Assembly: GCA_051294375.1 (NCBI GenBank)
Contig: JBJCIZ010000995.1
Location: 41,371-48,141 of the forward strand
Reading direction: 5' to 3'
DNA from: Paraspadella gotoi
Lineage: Eukaryota > Animalia > Chaetognatha
Length of the DNA stretch: 6,771 nucleotides
The notes under the pieces are model-generated. The model saw only the letters and a list, made by a program, of their open reading frames with translations. It did no database searches and was not told the origin of the DNA. The position numbers were made by a program, and so were the translations under genes. Position 1 is the first letter of the stretch. Each line of letters opens with the position of its first letter. Below, piece after piece: positions 6,727-6,771 of this stretch.

Positions 6727-6771
6727 CTGTAGTTTTTAAATTTTTATCGAGCCATGACCGGCGAAGCCGGT

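Overview
AT-rich eukaryotic DNA. Most of the window is one complete cut-and-paste DNA transposon (1075-6503, 5429 bp) with TAG...CTA termini, an 8-bp target-site duplication (CTGCTCAT) and unusually long terminal inverted repeats (~875/900 bp). It carries a five-exon hAT-superfamily (hATm-like) transposase gene of 722 codons plus stop, with one in-frame TAA. The element appears to have inserted into the last coding exon of a minus-strand host gene for a single-pass membrane protein. The most unexpected signal is three copies of a motif that folds as a circularly permuted (type-P5) twister self-cleaving ribozyme. One lies directly behind a 73-nt tRNA-like cloverleaf (158-307), and two lie on the sense strand in transposase introns 3 and 4. 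Pairing is preserved despite sequence change in P2, P5, T1 and T2 between copies 1 and 2. All calls were made by eye; no searches were run.
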